A stretch of DNA of 63,911 nt, filler included, from Octopus bimaculoides (GCF_001194135.2; 7 parts of 7 records of this genome joined end to end with filler, not necessarily neighbours in it), one strand, 5' to 3'; numbered from the whole stretch's first letter, positions 1 to 12,326 are shown. A program made the numbers and translations. Notes: generated by a model not told the origin, from the sequence alone.

Positions 1-39
<39 letters not shown>

Positions 40-239
40 GATATTAAATATTTTTAGCGATAAGTTGCCATATATGGCGACATTTCATCCTTATTTGAAA
101 TCATCAGTGTGACATAATCCCAGGCAAATAGACTGCACTAATTTATATATTTTACAAAGCGAGATAGTTTACATGATATTCAAGGAATGTATGTTTTTTT
201 TTAGTTTAGTTTAGTTTTTGTATTATTATTATTTTTCTA

Positions 240-430
240 TTGTTTGAAGGTATGACAGGCGCTGACGTTCATGGGAGAATTTCATAAGAATGTGGGAATA
301 TCCATTGGCCGCTTCGGTGTCTACAAATGACTTGGAAAATTCCAAAATCGCCAGTCTCACGCAATAAGGAGTAACCGGACACCCGACTACGTCGTATTTC
401 GATAACGATATCGAAGATCGTGATACGGTT
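240..430 (-). mobile_element. possible Gypsy-type RNase H remnant
   Basis: Minus-frame LAILEFSKSFVDTEAANGYSHILMK loosely resembles the Ty3/Gypsy LAxPDFSKPFxVxTDASxxGIGAVL motif; short and degenerate. Confidence 0.3.
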
Positions 431-500
431 CTGTTTATCTGGTGCATGATCATTGATCATGCGTGACATAATATGCGCATTAGTAATATGAGAATGTGAA

Positions 501-850
501 GGCGCATCGCTCAGTGGTTGGAGCGTCAGGCTCACGATCATGAAGTAGTGAGTTCGAATCACGGACTGAGCTGTATATTGTGTATTGTGTTCTTGAGCAA
601 GACACTTCATTTCATGTAGCTCCAGTTCAATCAGCTGTAGAAATGAGTTGCGACGTCACTGGTGCCAAGCTGTATCGGCCCCTTTGCCTTTCTCTTGGAT
701 AACACTGGTGGCGTGGAGAGTGGATCTGGAATGCACAGGCGACTGCTGGTCTTCCATAAACAAGCTTGGCCGGACTTGTACCTCAGAGAGGAACTTTCTA
801 GGTGCAATCCCATGGTCATTCATTTCCAAAAAGGGTCTTTTACCCTACTT
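501..850 (+). mobile_element. tRNA-derived SINE, family C (tail type 1)
   Basis: A-box-like GCTCAGTGG at 509-518 and B-box GTTCGAATC at 552-560, then CTTGAGCAAGACACTTCATTTCA...GCTCCAG...CAGCTG. The same head occurs at 4773-5088 and 8553-8862. Confidence 0.85.
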
Positions 851-1184
851 GTGAGACAAACACAATGACACACAAACACACACACAACATACTTTTTATT
901 GACTTCTTACGACTTGGCCAGATGTTACGACTTTCTTCCCATCAGAGAAGGGTTTCAGTTGGCCGTATCAAGTCGTAACATCTTGCCATATTTTAAGAAT
1001 ACAATGAACAACGAGAATCCTCGCCCTACGCTATATTGGCTTTTAGTTTTCTTATTGCTGATTATCACGATGAGATAATCGAAATCCATCAGCCCATCTA
1101 CTTATCTATTGATCGATCTGATAGATAGATAAATAGCTATATAGATAGTTCTGCATATATATTGTCTACACACACGTATCAATT

Positions 1185-1227
<43 letters not shown>

Positions 1228-1244
1228 GTGGATGCATATGTATT

Positions 1245-1470
1245 ATTTATTTATTGCTCACAAGGGGCTAAACATAGAGGGGACAAACAAAGACAGACAA
1301 AGGGATTAAGCCGATTACATCGACCCCAGTGCGTAACTGGTACTTAATTTATCGACCACGAAAGGATGAAAGGGAAAGTCGACCTCGGCGTAATTTGAAC
1401 TCAGAACGTGACGGCAGACGAAATACCGCTGAGCATTTCGTCCAGTTCGCTAACGTTTCTGCCAGCTCGC
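1245..1470 (-). mobile_element. tRNA-derived SINE, family A (octopus OK/OR-type)
   Basis: Minus strand reads GCGAGCTGGCAGAAACGTTAGC...GAGTTCAAATT.CGCCGAGGTCGAC...AGTACCAGTTACGCACTGGGGTCGAT...GCCCCTTGTGAG; near-identical copies at 42372 and 54352. Confidence 0.9.
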
Positions 1471-2571
1471 ATATGTATGCTTAAATATAAGGATATTCCG
1501 AAAGAATTTTCGTTCCAAAATTCTCGATTTTCTTGTAATCTTTAAAGTCGTTGCTGTCAAAACTCTCCGAGTGCTACAACAGGATTAAACCTTCAACTGT
1601 AGAAAACAAATATTTATCTTATCTATTTGAAAATTTCTCTCTCTTCCCCCCTCTCTCTCTCTCTCTCTCTCTCTACTGTATCTACCATCTATCTATTTAT
1701 CTATATTCCTTGCTGTAGATGCCACGTTTTAAAAGTGACACAGTCACACCGCTTGTCCAACTTCTTCAGATATGGGCGTTTTCGTTTTTTTAATGAGAAA
1801 GTCAACATAAGACAATAATATTTATTTGTCCAGCTTTAATATATATAATACTTAATGGGGGGGGGGAGTTGTTGGGGTTGCTGGCTGCTTTTGTGTGTGT
1901 GTGTGTGTGTGTGTGAGTGTGTGTGTTTCTCCAATGTTTCTCACAAGGAATTAAAATTGCATTTTCTGCTTAAAATATTTTGAAGAATATTTCATCACCA
2001 TAACGATTGGTTTTGATGTTAATAACCATTTTTAAAGACACAATGGTTAACAAAACTAACAGTATATATATACACAAGCGATAACTAATACGTGATGAAG
2101 AAAATTATAAAGTTCAGCACTAAAAAGGAACGCACAATAAAGAACAATATAAAAGGGTTGATGCAGTATTCCATCTCATTTCTTCAGGAAAATTCAAAGA
2201 CACTATATATATATATNNNNNNNNNNNNNNNNNNNNNNNNNNNNNNNNNNNNNNNNNNNNNNNNNNNNNNNNNNNNNNNNNNNNNNNNNNNNNNNNNNNN
2301 NNNNNNNNNNNNNNNNNNNNNNNNNNNNNNNNNNNNNNNNNNNNNNNNNNNNNNNNNNNNNNNNNNNNNNNNNNNNNNNNNNNNNNNNNNNNNNNNNNNN
2401 NNNNNNNNNNNNNNNNNNNNNNNNNNNNNNNNNNNNNNNNNNNNNNNNNNNNNNNNNNNNNNNNNNNNNNNNNNNNNNNNNNNNNNNNNNNNNNNNNNNN
2501 NNNNNNNNNNNNNNNNNNNNNNNNNNNNNNNNNNNNNNNNNNNNNNNNNNNNNNNNNNNNNNNNNNNNNNN

Positions 2572-2648
<77 letters not shown>

Positions 2649-2794
2649 GTGTATCTATAGGTGTATATGTATATATGTTTATATATACCCAGCCTAATCG
2701 TGTTTGTCTGAATCACTGTCTCCATATCAGCTCACTTAGATTTCTCGAGGACGTTTTCGGAGTTTAAGTTCCAATTATTTGAGCACTGTTACTC

Positions 2795-2980
2795 AGAGAG
2801 ACAGAGAAGGAAGAGAGACAGAGAAGGAAGAGAGACAGAGAAGGAAGAGAGACAGAGAAGGAAGAGAGACAGAGAAGGAAGAGAGACAGAGAAGGAAGAG
2901 AGACAGAGAAGGAAGAGAGACAGAGAAGGAAGAGAGACAGAGAAGGAAGAGAGACAGAGAAGGAAGAGAGACAGAGAAGT
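2795..2980. repeat. 17-bp minisatellite (GAGAAGGAAGAGAGACA)n, about 11 copies
   Basis: Exact 17-bp period read directly; it explains the repetitive ORFs at 2764-3194. Confidence 0.95.
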
Positions 2981-3420
2981 AGGGCGGAAAGGAGAGAAGA
3001 AGAGACAGACAAACAGGCCGCGGGGGAGGGGAAGACGAATAGACAGAGCGGTAGTTCGGGAAAGGAGGAAAGAAGGCAGTGGTGTGAGGAAGGGTGAGGT
3101 AGAAGGGAAAAAAAGGAGGAGAGAGGGGTAAAGGAAGGTATACATACATAATGATATACAAATACACACATCCATAAACACCCACAGACCACATATTTAT
3201 ACTAATGAACGCGTGCTTCTATGCTGGTATTCGCATAGCTTCCTGGTATATATAGACCCCTGCCCCAGATTCTAAATGACACATATTTGGAGCCAGGGTA
3301 ACCCTAGGGGGTTTTCTACACTTTCTGCTCCCATAATAATTCTGTAATTATTAATATCATTTATTGTTAGGTTCCTTATTAACCATTAATCCTTTACTAA
3401 ATTTTAAACTGAAATAATAA

Positions 3421-3673
3421 CAGTAGTCCCTCGACTATCGCAGGTGATATGTCCCAACTCCGCGATAGGTGAAAATCCGCGAAGCAGAAACAGTACTATA
3501 CTGTACTGTATTTTTTATAAAAATTATTTTTATAGTTTGTATATATTTATTTTATTCTAAATGCAAAACAACACCACGGAGGAATCGACGTGAGCTTAAA
3601 TAATAAACCGCGATAGGTGAGCCGCGATAGGTGAGCCGCGATAGGTGAGCCGCGATACAGCGAGGGGTTACTG
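3421..3673. mobile_element. Tigger/pogo-like MITE
   Basis: Left end CAGTAGTCCCTCGACTATCGC; right end reverse-complements to CAGTAACCCCTCGCTGTATCGC and is followed by TA. Internal tandem 14-mer CCGCGATAGGTGAG x3 near the right end. Confidence 0.75.
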
Positions 3674-3952
3674 TATAAAGTGCTCAAGTGCACTACAACT
3701 AAGAAAAAAGGACCATCTGGTGTACTATCGGCGGATTTTAAGGAAGAATGGAAGTTTTGATGGATATAGTGTCTCGATAGCTAACGACTGATGCGGATAG
3801 TTTATTCCATGCTTCAGCAATTCTGAGCGTGAAAAAATGTTTCCGAAAGTCACACGTTCAGAGTATAGTAGATACTCGATTGCGGATATTAGTTTCGTTG
3901 CACGTTTCTAAACAGTTCCCAGGAGATTTATATGCTGAACAAGATATATATA

Positions 3953-3985
<33 letters not shown>

Positions 3986-4289
3986 ACACACCCAGAACTA
4001 CGCTAATAGCTTCGGCGTATAATTTAGGATTTCTTGGTTTTCTGTGAATCGATTTCGATAAAAGTTTTCCCAGTTGGTTTGCACCCTTTGGCAATACCAT
4101 TATTATGTTTCCTTTATTCTGTGCACGGTTTTTTTATTTTTTTATTTCAGATTCTTCAGTGTTTGGGTGAACCACGCTAATAGCTTTTGAATGAAAATAG
4201 CCCATCGAAATATAAATATATACTTTGAGTATATATTTAACAGAAAACCATAATGATATTATAACATTTATTAGTATAATGAATTATTT

Positions 4290-4648
4290 AACCACATGAG
4301 CGCCAAGGAAGCAGCGATCCGATTGTGGGACCGCCAAGACTGTGACAGCTAAGGATTTAAGGAATATTGGCCACAAGTTACGTGGGAAACCTGGACAAAC
4401 AAGCAAAGCCATTTTCACCGCCTCCGGACTTCCTCATGTACCAAAAATCACCAGAAATTGCATCCTTGGGACCATGGCTTCCGTGCGAGAACCCTTGAAA
4501 CTGCCTTCTTACAGGAATTTGAGGCTTAAATGGGCCCAAAAGTCCATGGCATTAGACATGAGTTGTGTTCTGTTCACTGACGAAACCAGGGCGACCTTTG
4601 ACGAACCTGACCGTTGGGCAGATGGTTGGGTCTATTTTGGAGACGAAC
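4290..4648 (+). mobile_element. Tc1-like transposase fragment (HTH to first catalytic Asp)
   Basis: ORF 4342: ...RLKWAQKSMALDMSCVLFTDETRATFDEPDRWADGW matches the Tc1 motif VLFTDExRATLDGPDGW; truncated by a microsatellite. Confidence 0.85.
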
Positions 4649-4653
4649 ATCAC

Positions 4654-4684
<31 letters not shown>

Positions 4685-4730
4685 TACATATATATATGTA
4701 TACATATATATATACATACATATATACATA

Positions 4731-4761
<31 letters not shown>

Positions 4762-4772
4762 GTGTGTGTGTG

Positions 4773-5088
4773 TGGCACTCCGTCGGCTACCACGACGGGA
4801 GTTCCAGTTGATCCCATCAACGGAACAGCCTCCATGTGAAATTAACATGCAAGTGGCTGAGCACTCCACAAACATGCGTACCCTCAACGTAGCTCTCAGG
4901 GAGATTCAAAATGACAGAGAATGTGTCAAGGTTATCTCTTAATTACAGGTAATCTTCATTTTTGCCAGCTGAATACACTGGAGCAACGTGAAATAAAGTG
5001 TCTTGCTCAAGGACAAACGCGTCGCTAGGAATTGAACTCACGACCTTAACATCGTAAGCTGAATACCCTAAACACTGAACCACGCGGC
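4773..5088 (-). mobile_element. tRNA-derived SINE, family C (tail type 2)
   Basis: Minus head GCGCGTGGTTCAGTG...GAGTTCAATTCC...CTTGAGCAAGACACTTTATTTCAC; homologous along its length to 8553-8862. Confidence 0.85.
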
Positions 5089-5112
5089 GCGTTCTCATAT
5101 CATCTTTGAAAA

Positions 5113-5460
5113 GCGCAGGCGTAGCTATGTGATAAGAAGTTTACTTCCCGAGCACATGGTTTCGGGTTCAGTCCCACTGCGAGGTACCTTGGGTAGACTT
5201 GGACCAACCAAAGCCTTGTGAGTCGATTTGGGAGACGAAAACTGAATATATATCTGTGTGTATGTGTGTGACACTGTGTTTGTCCCTCATCACCACTTGG
5301 GAACCAGAGTTGGTTTGTTTACGTCCTTGAAACATTAGCAATTTGACAAAAGAAAATCATAATATTAGTAGCCTTTAAAAATTAAGCTCTGGGGTCGATC
5401 CGTTCAACTAAAACCCTTCAAGGAGTTGCCCCAGCGTGGCCAAATTTTAATGACTGAAAT
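5113..5460 (+). mobile_element. tRNA-derived SINE, family B
   Basis: Head GCGCAGGCGTAGCTATGTGATAAGAAG...GGTTCAGTCCCACTGCG, body AAAGCCTTGTGAGTCGATTTG, tail CCCCAGCGTGGCC...ATGACTGAAA. Confidence 0.85.
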
Positions 5461-5474
5461 GATATGTGACTGAT

Positions 5475-5597
5475 GGGCTTCTTTCAGTTTCAGTGTACCA
5501 AATCTACTCTCAAGACTTTAGTCGGTTCGAGGCTATAATAAAAGACACCTGCCCAAGGTACCATGCAGTGGAACTGAACCTGGAAACAAACTACATG
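5475..5597 (-). mobile_element. SINE family B head fragment
   Basis: Reverse complement of GGTTCAGTTCCACTGCATGGTACCTTGGGCAGGTGTC...; inverted relative to the copy at 5113. Confidence 0.75.
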
Positions 5598-5786
5598 CAA
5601 AATCGAAATTGAAAATATCAAATGGCGTAATTTTACCCCTCGCACCCTGTGTATACACACACACGCACGCACACGCACACGCACACACACGCACGTACAC
5701 GCACACACACGCACGCACACGCACATGAGTGAGTGGACAAACGAAAGAAGGATATTCAACCAGTGTATTGGGAGTTACATGTATGG

Positions 5787-5886
5787 NNNNNNNNNNNNNN
5801 NNNNNNNNNNNNNNNNNNNNNNNNNNNNNNTTAATTAATTAANNNNNNNNNNNNNNNNNNNNNNNNNNNNNNNNNNNNNNNNNNNN
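5787..5886. other. assembly linker N44-TTAATTAATTAA-N44 (also 24862-24961, 36875-36974, 54022-54121, 61238-61337, 62671-62770)
   Basis: The same 12-mer, with stops in all six frames, sits in the centre of six 100-nt gap blocks. Confidence 0.95.
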
Positions 5887-6906
5887 TATATATATGTATA
5901 TATATATATATATATATGTATATATCTTTGGTGCTATGAGCGTCTTCATTGACCTCTCTCTCAACAACGCTCCTCATATGATAGTCCAAATGGATTGAGA
6001 TCTGGGGAATTAGGAGAGCAAATGTTAGGGGTTATGTGATCATGAAAATTTTCTGCCATCGATTCCTGTGTTATTAGACACAAGTGTGTTAGTGCAGGGT
6101 CATACTGAAACACGTATTTCCTTCCATTGCATACTCTGTCTATACACTTATTTCCGTGACCTCGATATAGGCGACAGAGTTAACTCTAAGACATTATGGA
6201 AAAAGTAAGGATGCATCATATGTTCTTCATTGCTGTCAGCCACTGAAAGATCTGGCAACTTTTAAAAATCGATATATTTCTAAATCGCTATCCTCAGCCT
6301 TTATAACCACAATAACAGCATGCCTCTTCATTTATTGAGTAAGCTGTTGTCATCCATAATTATTTTCTGAAACAAAGATTATACATAGTTAGCAAAAGAT
6401 CCAGTAATGACTTCCAAACGGTATGTCCTCAAATATCACATANNNNNNNNNNNNNNNNNNNNNNNNNNNNNNNNNNNNNNNNNNNNNNNNNNNNNNNNNN
6501 NNNNNNNNNNNNNNNNNNNNNNNNNNNNNNNNNNNNNNNNNNNNNNNNNNNNNNNNNNNNNNNNNNNNNNNNNNNNNNNNNNNNNNNNNNNNNNNNNNNN
6601 NNNNNNNNNNNNNNNNNNNNNNNNNNNNNNNNNNNNNNNNNNNNNNNNNNNNNNNNNNNNNNNNNNNNNNNNNNNNNNNNNNNNNNNNNNNNNNNNNNNN
6701 NNNNNNNNNNNNNNNNNNNNNNNNNNNNNNNNNNNNNNNNNNNNNNNNNNNNNNNNNNNNNNNNNNNNNNNNNNNNNNNNNNNNNNNNNNNNNNNNNNNN
6801 NNNNNNNNNNNNNNNNNNNNNNNNNNNNNNNNNNNNNNNNNNNNNNNNNNNNNNNNNNNNNNNNNNNNNNNNNNNNNNNNNNNNNNNNNNNNNNNNNNNN
6901 NNNNNN

Positions 6907-6944
<38 letters not shown>

Positions 6945-8552
6945 ATCTATCTGCTGTATTAGAGTAATATCAAACAAATAACCTAATATAATATAATTCT
7001 AAAAGGCTTTGGATATAAGATAACACGTAATACTACTAATAAGTTTCAACAATATTCTTGGTTTATACGTATTTGTACCCATATGAAAGTTTAATATTAT
7101 AACATATAATTCACACTGGGTTTGTCGTGTAAAATATATAAATGAATACTATTACTATATATCTGTATATGTATATATATTAGTGGGGTGGAGGTCTTCT
7201 ATGTTTATGTCTGTGTGTGAGTGTACTTATTGTTATATATACAACCATACAGCTGTATATAAATAAGCACGTACATGATCATGTAGGCAGACACACCTGC
7301 ACAAGCGCATTGCATATGTGTATGTGTAAGTTTCTATATGTGTTTTCAATGTGTATATACATGAACGTGTTTTTCCGTACACAAATGGCAGCGGAATGAT
7401 TTATATAAAATAACCCTGAAATAAATTCGGAAAGTAATTTTTCTGTGCGTTTACTTTCTATCGTTTTTTTCTTTTCTGTTTTTTTTTTTTTATGATGTTT
7501 TTCTCTATCAATTGCACACACTTGAAGTTACTAGGTTCAACTCTTCATGAGTCAGACAGTTTGGCTGCAACGCAAATTGATAATAATGTGATGGACATTT
7601 GTTTTACAATGGATGACATATTCAGCGTAATATAGTTCTACCCCAATTATAAATAGAACTTAAACTTGCAATGACAAGGCCATAATAAAGACGGACTGAA
7701 CGTCATTGGCAATAGCCCACGGTACCGATGTATGTCTCATACCTGGTTTGACAAGGTTAATCAATATGTACATTGTACAGTAGTGGAGACGGCGATGCAC
7801 TCACTTATCGTCGTCTGATGTACTTTAATGCATGCGTCCATAGCCAATCAGATCCATAATTACCTTGGCCTTTCTTACTTCTCTCTTCCCAACACCTCGT
7901 TTCCAACACTACAATTGCCATATTATCAGAGATCTACTCTCCAACTCTTTATCTCTCCGAAGTTATTTTCCCTCATCATTTTACTGATTGGTTGTATTGT
8001 TCTAGAAATCTAGCCTTTGGCTGTTACTGGAAGCAATGTCGCATGTTTCATTTAGTAGTCACTTTACTGCATTATTGCTGTATTTTTGAGGTCACATACA
8101 TTCCGATTTCTATCAGCTTTTACTCCTCAAAAATGTGTGTGCGCATCCTAATCAAAATGTAATCTCTTTTTACACTGTAAAAAGAACAATTGACCATACG
8201 TCATCTCAATTTGAGGACAATACCAGTTAAAATTTTTCCATACAACTCGCTTTAGTTTACAAATTTTAATTCATTTCGAATGGTATGTAAAAGTATTTTC
8301 TTTTCATGTATGCTGCCTGTGAACTAGAAATAAACATTGATCTGCAATTTCTTCATAGATATTTTTCTTTTCCCAATTTTACTTATCAACATTGAATGGG
8401 TGAAAATCAAAGTTATCCTCTGTTTAATTAATTTGAGCACACACAGAGCCAAGAAGAATATTGAGAGACATTTTCTCGGACCCTCTACAGAAACTGGCAA
8501 ATCTTACAGACATAAAAACAATAATGCCTACCCATTTACCCTGAACACATAT

Positions 8553-8862
8553 GACATTCCGTCGGTTACGACGACGTCGTTTCCAGTTGATTCGATAAAC
8601 GGAACAGCTTGCTCCTGAAATTAACGTGCAAGTGGCAGACCAATCCACAGACACGCGTACCCTTAACTTCAGTTCTCAACGAGATTCAGCATGACACAGA
8701 GTTTGACAAGGCTGGCCCTTTGAATTACGAGTACTACTCATTTTTGCCAGCTGAGGGGACTGGAGTAATGTGAAATAAAGTGTCTTGCACAAGGACACAA
8801 CTCACTGCCGTCTTTCGAACTTATGAGCTTGCGATCGTGAGCCAAATGCGCTAACCATTATG
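8553..8862 (-). mobile_element. tRNA-derived SINE, family C (tail type 2)
   Basis: Colinear with 4773-5088 (CCGTCGGTTACGACGACG...TTCCAGTTGAT...GAAATAAAGTGTCTTGC.CAAGGAC). Confidence 0.85.
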
Positions 8863-9000
8863 GTACTAGACTTTACCGTGTATACATACATATATACTAT
8901 ATGTACAGAGGGTCACACATACGCACATACACACACATACATACACACATAAAAACATACATACAAATATAAAAACATACATACATTTTTATAAAATGTT

Positions 9001-9250
9001 ATATATAACCGTTGCGCAGTAACATAGGGAGCACAAGTAAAAACCTATATTGGTAGCACCACAGATTTCAAACGTAGGTATCGAGCATATTTAAACTCTT
9101 TCAAAAATGCTAATTATAAAACTTCAACTACGGTAGCTATACACATTCATTGTCTTAAGTCAAAAAGCATAAAATATACACTGGAATGGTCTATTGTAAC
9201 GGGAGCTCACTCATAACAAAATTTGGCTAATGTAAATTGTGCCGTAAGGA
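9001..9250 (+). mobile_element. Penelope-like GIY-YIG endonuclease remnant
   Basis: From 9040: KTYIGSTTDFKRRYRAYLNSFKNANYKTSTTVAIHIHCLKSKSIKYTLEWSIV, matching the PLE pattern YIGxT...F..RY..H..SF...Y..ST.L..HIW.LK....Y.L.W.I. Confidence 0.8.
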
Positions 9251-9257
9251 AACCCCC

Positions 9258-9370
9258 CTAGTACTTATTGTATCGTTTTCTTTTGCCGAACCGCTAAGTA
9301 ACGGGGACGTAAACACACCAGCATCGTTTGTCAAGCGATGTTGGGTGACGAATACAGTCACACAAACATA
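9258..9370 (-). mobile_element. SINE family B internal fragment
   Basis: CTAGTACTTATT.TATCG...TTTTGCCGAACCGCTAAGTAACGGGGACGTAAACACACC is shared with the copy at 41815-42189. Confidence 0.8.
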
Positions 9371-9412
<42 letters not shown>

Positions 9413-9890
9413 TATATATATATATATATATATATANNNNNNNNNNNNNNNNNNNNNNNNNNNNNNNNNNNNNNNNNNNNNNNNNNNNNNNNNNNNNNNN
9501 NNNNNNNNNNNNNNNNNNNNNNNNNNNNNNNNNNNNNNNNNNNNNNNNNNNNNNNNNNNNNAATTTTGCCAAGTAGTTCAGTATGAAAAAAACCTTTATC
9601 GGTAAAACTATTTATCATCATAAATATACAGGGATTAGCAATTGAGTTGCTTCTCCAACATACTGAAAATTTAGAAATAGCAGTCAAAGAACTACTGATT
9701 CCAAACTACAAATTTTTCTCTAAAGCGGATGGCGATATTTATGGCACACATAGAACAAAAAACCGGAGGGAAAAGCGTAAACAAACCAAGCCTTTAGTTA
9801 ATTGGATACGAATCGTTTCATGGTTAAGTGAATGGAAATTTCACTATTCCAATCTTCAGCCCAAATATTCTGATAATATATATGAATGTA

Positions 9891-10099
9891 CGATGTGGTG
9901 TTGAAAATTCCTGGCTTTTGATAAAAGAAAACACTGTAGGATCAGTTAATGATGATTATATTCGACATATTCCTCTCTAAGATTCCTACACATATTGCAG
10001 CGTTCCGTCAGCATGTGTGTAAAAGAAATCGGAATGCTGAGCCTCAAGTCAGGCCTTTCATGATAACCTTAAAGTCAGAAACTTTTCAGCACCCCCTCG
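9891..10099. mobile_element. mariner-type MITE with TA target duplication
   Basis: TA|CGATGTGGTGTTGAAAATTCCTGGCTTT ... AAAGTCAGAAACTTTTCAGCACCCCCTCG|TA; imperfect TIRs of about 28 bp. Confidence 0.8.
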
Positions 10100-11027
10100 T
10101 ATACAAATGTGTGTATATAAATAATTAAATACATAATTAATAAAAAAAATAAATAAGTAAATAAATAAATATACGTATGCATATAAGTATATATAAACTT
10201 GCTGAAATGAAAACGGAGAATTATATAGCCCAAACATGATTCTTTCACAGAGGCCATCGTCATGCATGTGTACATCATTGGAGACAACTACTTTTGTTCA
10301 TATATCAGGAAACAAATGCCAGCTAAAATTGATAAATTCTATATTTTTAATATATAAAAAAAATATGGTATATACGCTTAATGAAATATATGCAATTAAA
10401 TGTGTTTTTAGCGTAATAGTTTCCAAGCTTTTTACAATAGTTTATGAATAAAAACACGTATTCTCAACGTTCTTTAACAACACAATCTTTATCAAAATTG
10501 ACATTCTCAGAAATATAAAATTTTCTCCTCAGAATCAATGCATTGCGCAATAAAATGAACAAATCTTGATATTTCCTACTAGATGCGTATACTCCTCTGA
10601 AATAGCTAGGAATATTTTCATATAATGCATATATACATATAAGCACGCACGCGCACACACACACGTATGTATTTATGTATATATGTATGTATTTATGCAT
10701 ACATACAGATGAAGGTAGATCAATTTCATAATAAGCAAAGATATAAGATGCTTGCTTATGTAAAATGATGGTAATAGAAAATGGAAAGATTGAACGTACA
10801 AATAAAGGCACATTAGTGTACGCTTAAATCTGAAAACACATACATGCAATGCGTAGGAGAATGAACGGTAAAGAATGAAGACACCTAAAAAGAGAAACGG
10901 AAATAATTTGGAATATGTATTATTTTAAAATACAAATTATGATGAGAAGTAGAGAATAAAATGTAAGATAAATAATCAGAATAATCAAGATGTGTGTTTC
11001 CTTATACTGCAGGACGAATATGGGAAA

Positions 11028-11040
11028 TAATAATAATAAT

Positions 11041-11126
<86 letters not shown>
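11028..11126. repeat. (TAA)n microsatellite
   Basis: About 33 near-perfect TAA units. Confidence 0.95.
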
Positions 11127-11127
<1 letters not shown>

Positions 11128-12057
11128 TAGATAGGATGAACTAGATAGGATACAACATACACAAATGAAAGAAAAAATAAAGAAAGTGTACTNNNNNNNN
11201 NNNNNNNNNNNNNNNNNNNNNNNNNNNNNNNNNNNNNNNNNNNNNNNNNNNNNNNNNNNNNNNNNNNNNNNNNNNNNNNNNNNNNNNNNNNNNNNNNNNN
11301 NNNNNNNNNNNNNNNNNNNNNNNNNNNNNNNNNNNNNNNNNNNNNNNNNNNNNNNNNNNNNNNNNNNNNNNNNNNNNNNNNNNNNNNNNNNNNNNNNNNN
11401 NNNNNNNNNNNNNNNNNNNNNNNNNNNNNNNNNNNNNNNNNNNNNNNNNNNNNNNNNNNNNNNNNNNNNNNNNNNNNNNNNNNNNNNNNNNNNNNNNNNN
11501 NNNNNNNNNNNNNNNNNNNNNNNNNNNNNNNNNNNNNNNNNNNNNNNNNNNNNNNNNNNNNNNNNNNNNNNNNNNNNNNNNNNNNNNNNNNNNNNNNNNN
11601 NNNNNNNNNNNNNNNNNNNNNNNNNNNNNNNNNNNNNNNNNNNNNNNNNNNNNNNNNNNNNNNNNNNNNNNNNNNNNNNNNNNNNNNNNNNNNNNNNNNN
11701 NNNNNNNNNNNNNNNNNNNNNNNNNNNNNNNNNNNNNNNNNNNNNNNNNNNNNNNNNNNNNNNNNNNNNNNNNNNNNNNNNNNNNNNNNNNNNNNNNNNN
11801 NNNNNNNNNNNNNNNNNNNNNNNNNNNNNNNNNNNNNNNNNNNNNNNNNNNNNNNNNNNNNNNNNNNNNNNNNNNNNNNNNNNNNNNNNNNNNNNNNNNN
11901 NNNNNNNNNNNNNNNNNNNNNNNNNNNNNNNNNNNNNNNNNNNNNNNNNNNNNNNNNNNNNNNNNNNNNNNNNNNNNNNNNNNNNNNNNNNNNNNNNNNN
12001 NNNNNNNNNNNNNNNNNNNNNNNNNNNNNNNNNNNNNNNNNNNNNNNNNNNNNNNNN

Positions 12058-12303
12058 CCTATCATAGTAGGTGCCTTAGGTATAATAAAAAATATTCAGA
12101 CAAATACATAGCAAAAATAGCAGGACTTACAAATATATATAACATACAGAAAATTGCACTACTGGGTACTGCACACATTCTACGCAAAACACTTTCAATA
12201 CAGTAAACATAAGAGCACCACAGCAAACCACAGCACATACCCAAGGCGCACAGAGCTGCGCTCGGTAGTGAAGTGAAAGCACGTTATAAAAATAATACTA
12301 CTG
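12058..12303 (+). mobile_element. R4/Dong-clade non-LTR 3' end (family Dong-B) with (TAA)n tail at 12304-12326
   Basis: Encodes PIIVGALGIIKKYSDKYI...IYNIQKIALLGTAHILRKTLSIQ*, the C-terminal pattern of RLE-type R4/Dong ORFs. A near-identical copy lies at 18459-18707. Confidence 0.85.
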
Positions 12304-12326
12304 AATAATAATAATAATAATAATAA

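Noticed and set aside
501-575. tRNA gene calls for SINE heads (also 41414-41480, 48490-48545)
   Set aside because: A/B boxes are present, but acceptor stems are missing and each runs into repeat body sequence.
2092-2725. Long ORFs made of X, HT/YI/CV runs (also 11127, 28632, 43685, 50936, 56478 etc.)
   Set aside because: Produced by N gaps and dinucleotide microsatellites.
2764-3194. Charged/hydrophobic repetitive ORFs
   Set aside because: Translation of the 17-bp minisatellite.
5831-5842. TTAATTAATTAA palindrome recurring six times
   Set aside because: Always centred in N44...N44 blocks; an artificial six-frame-stop contig linker. Adjacency across these joins should not be trusted.
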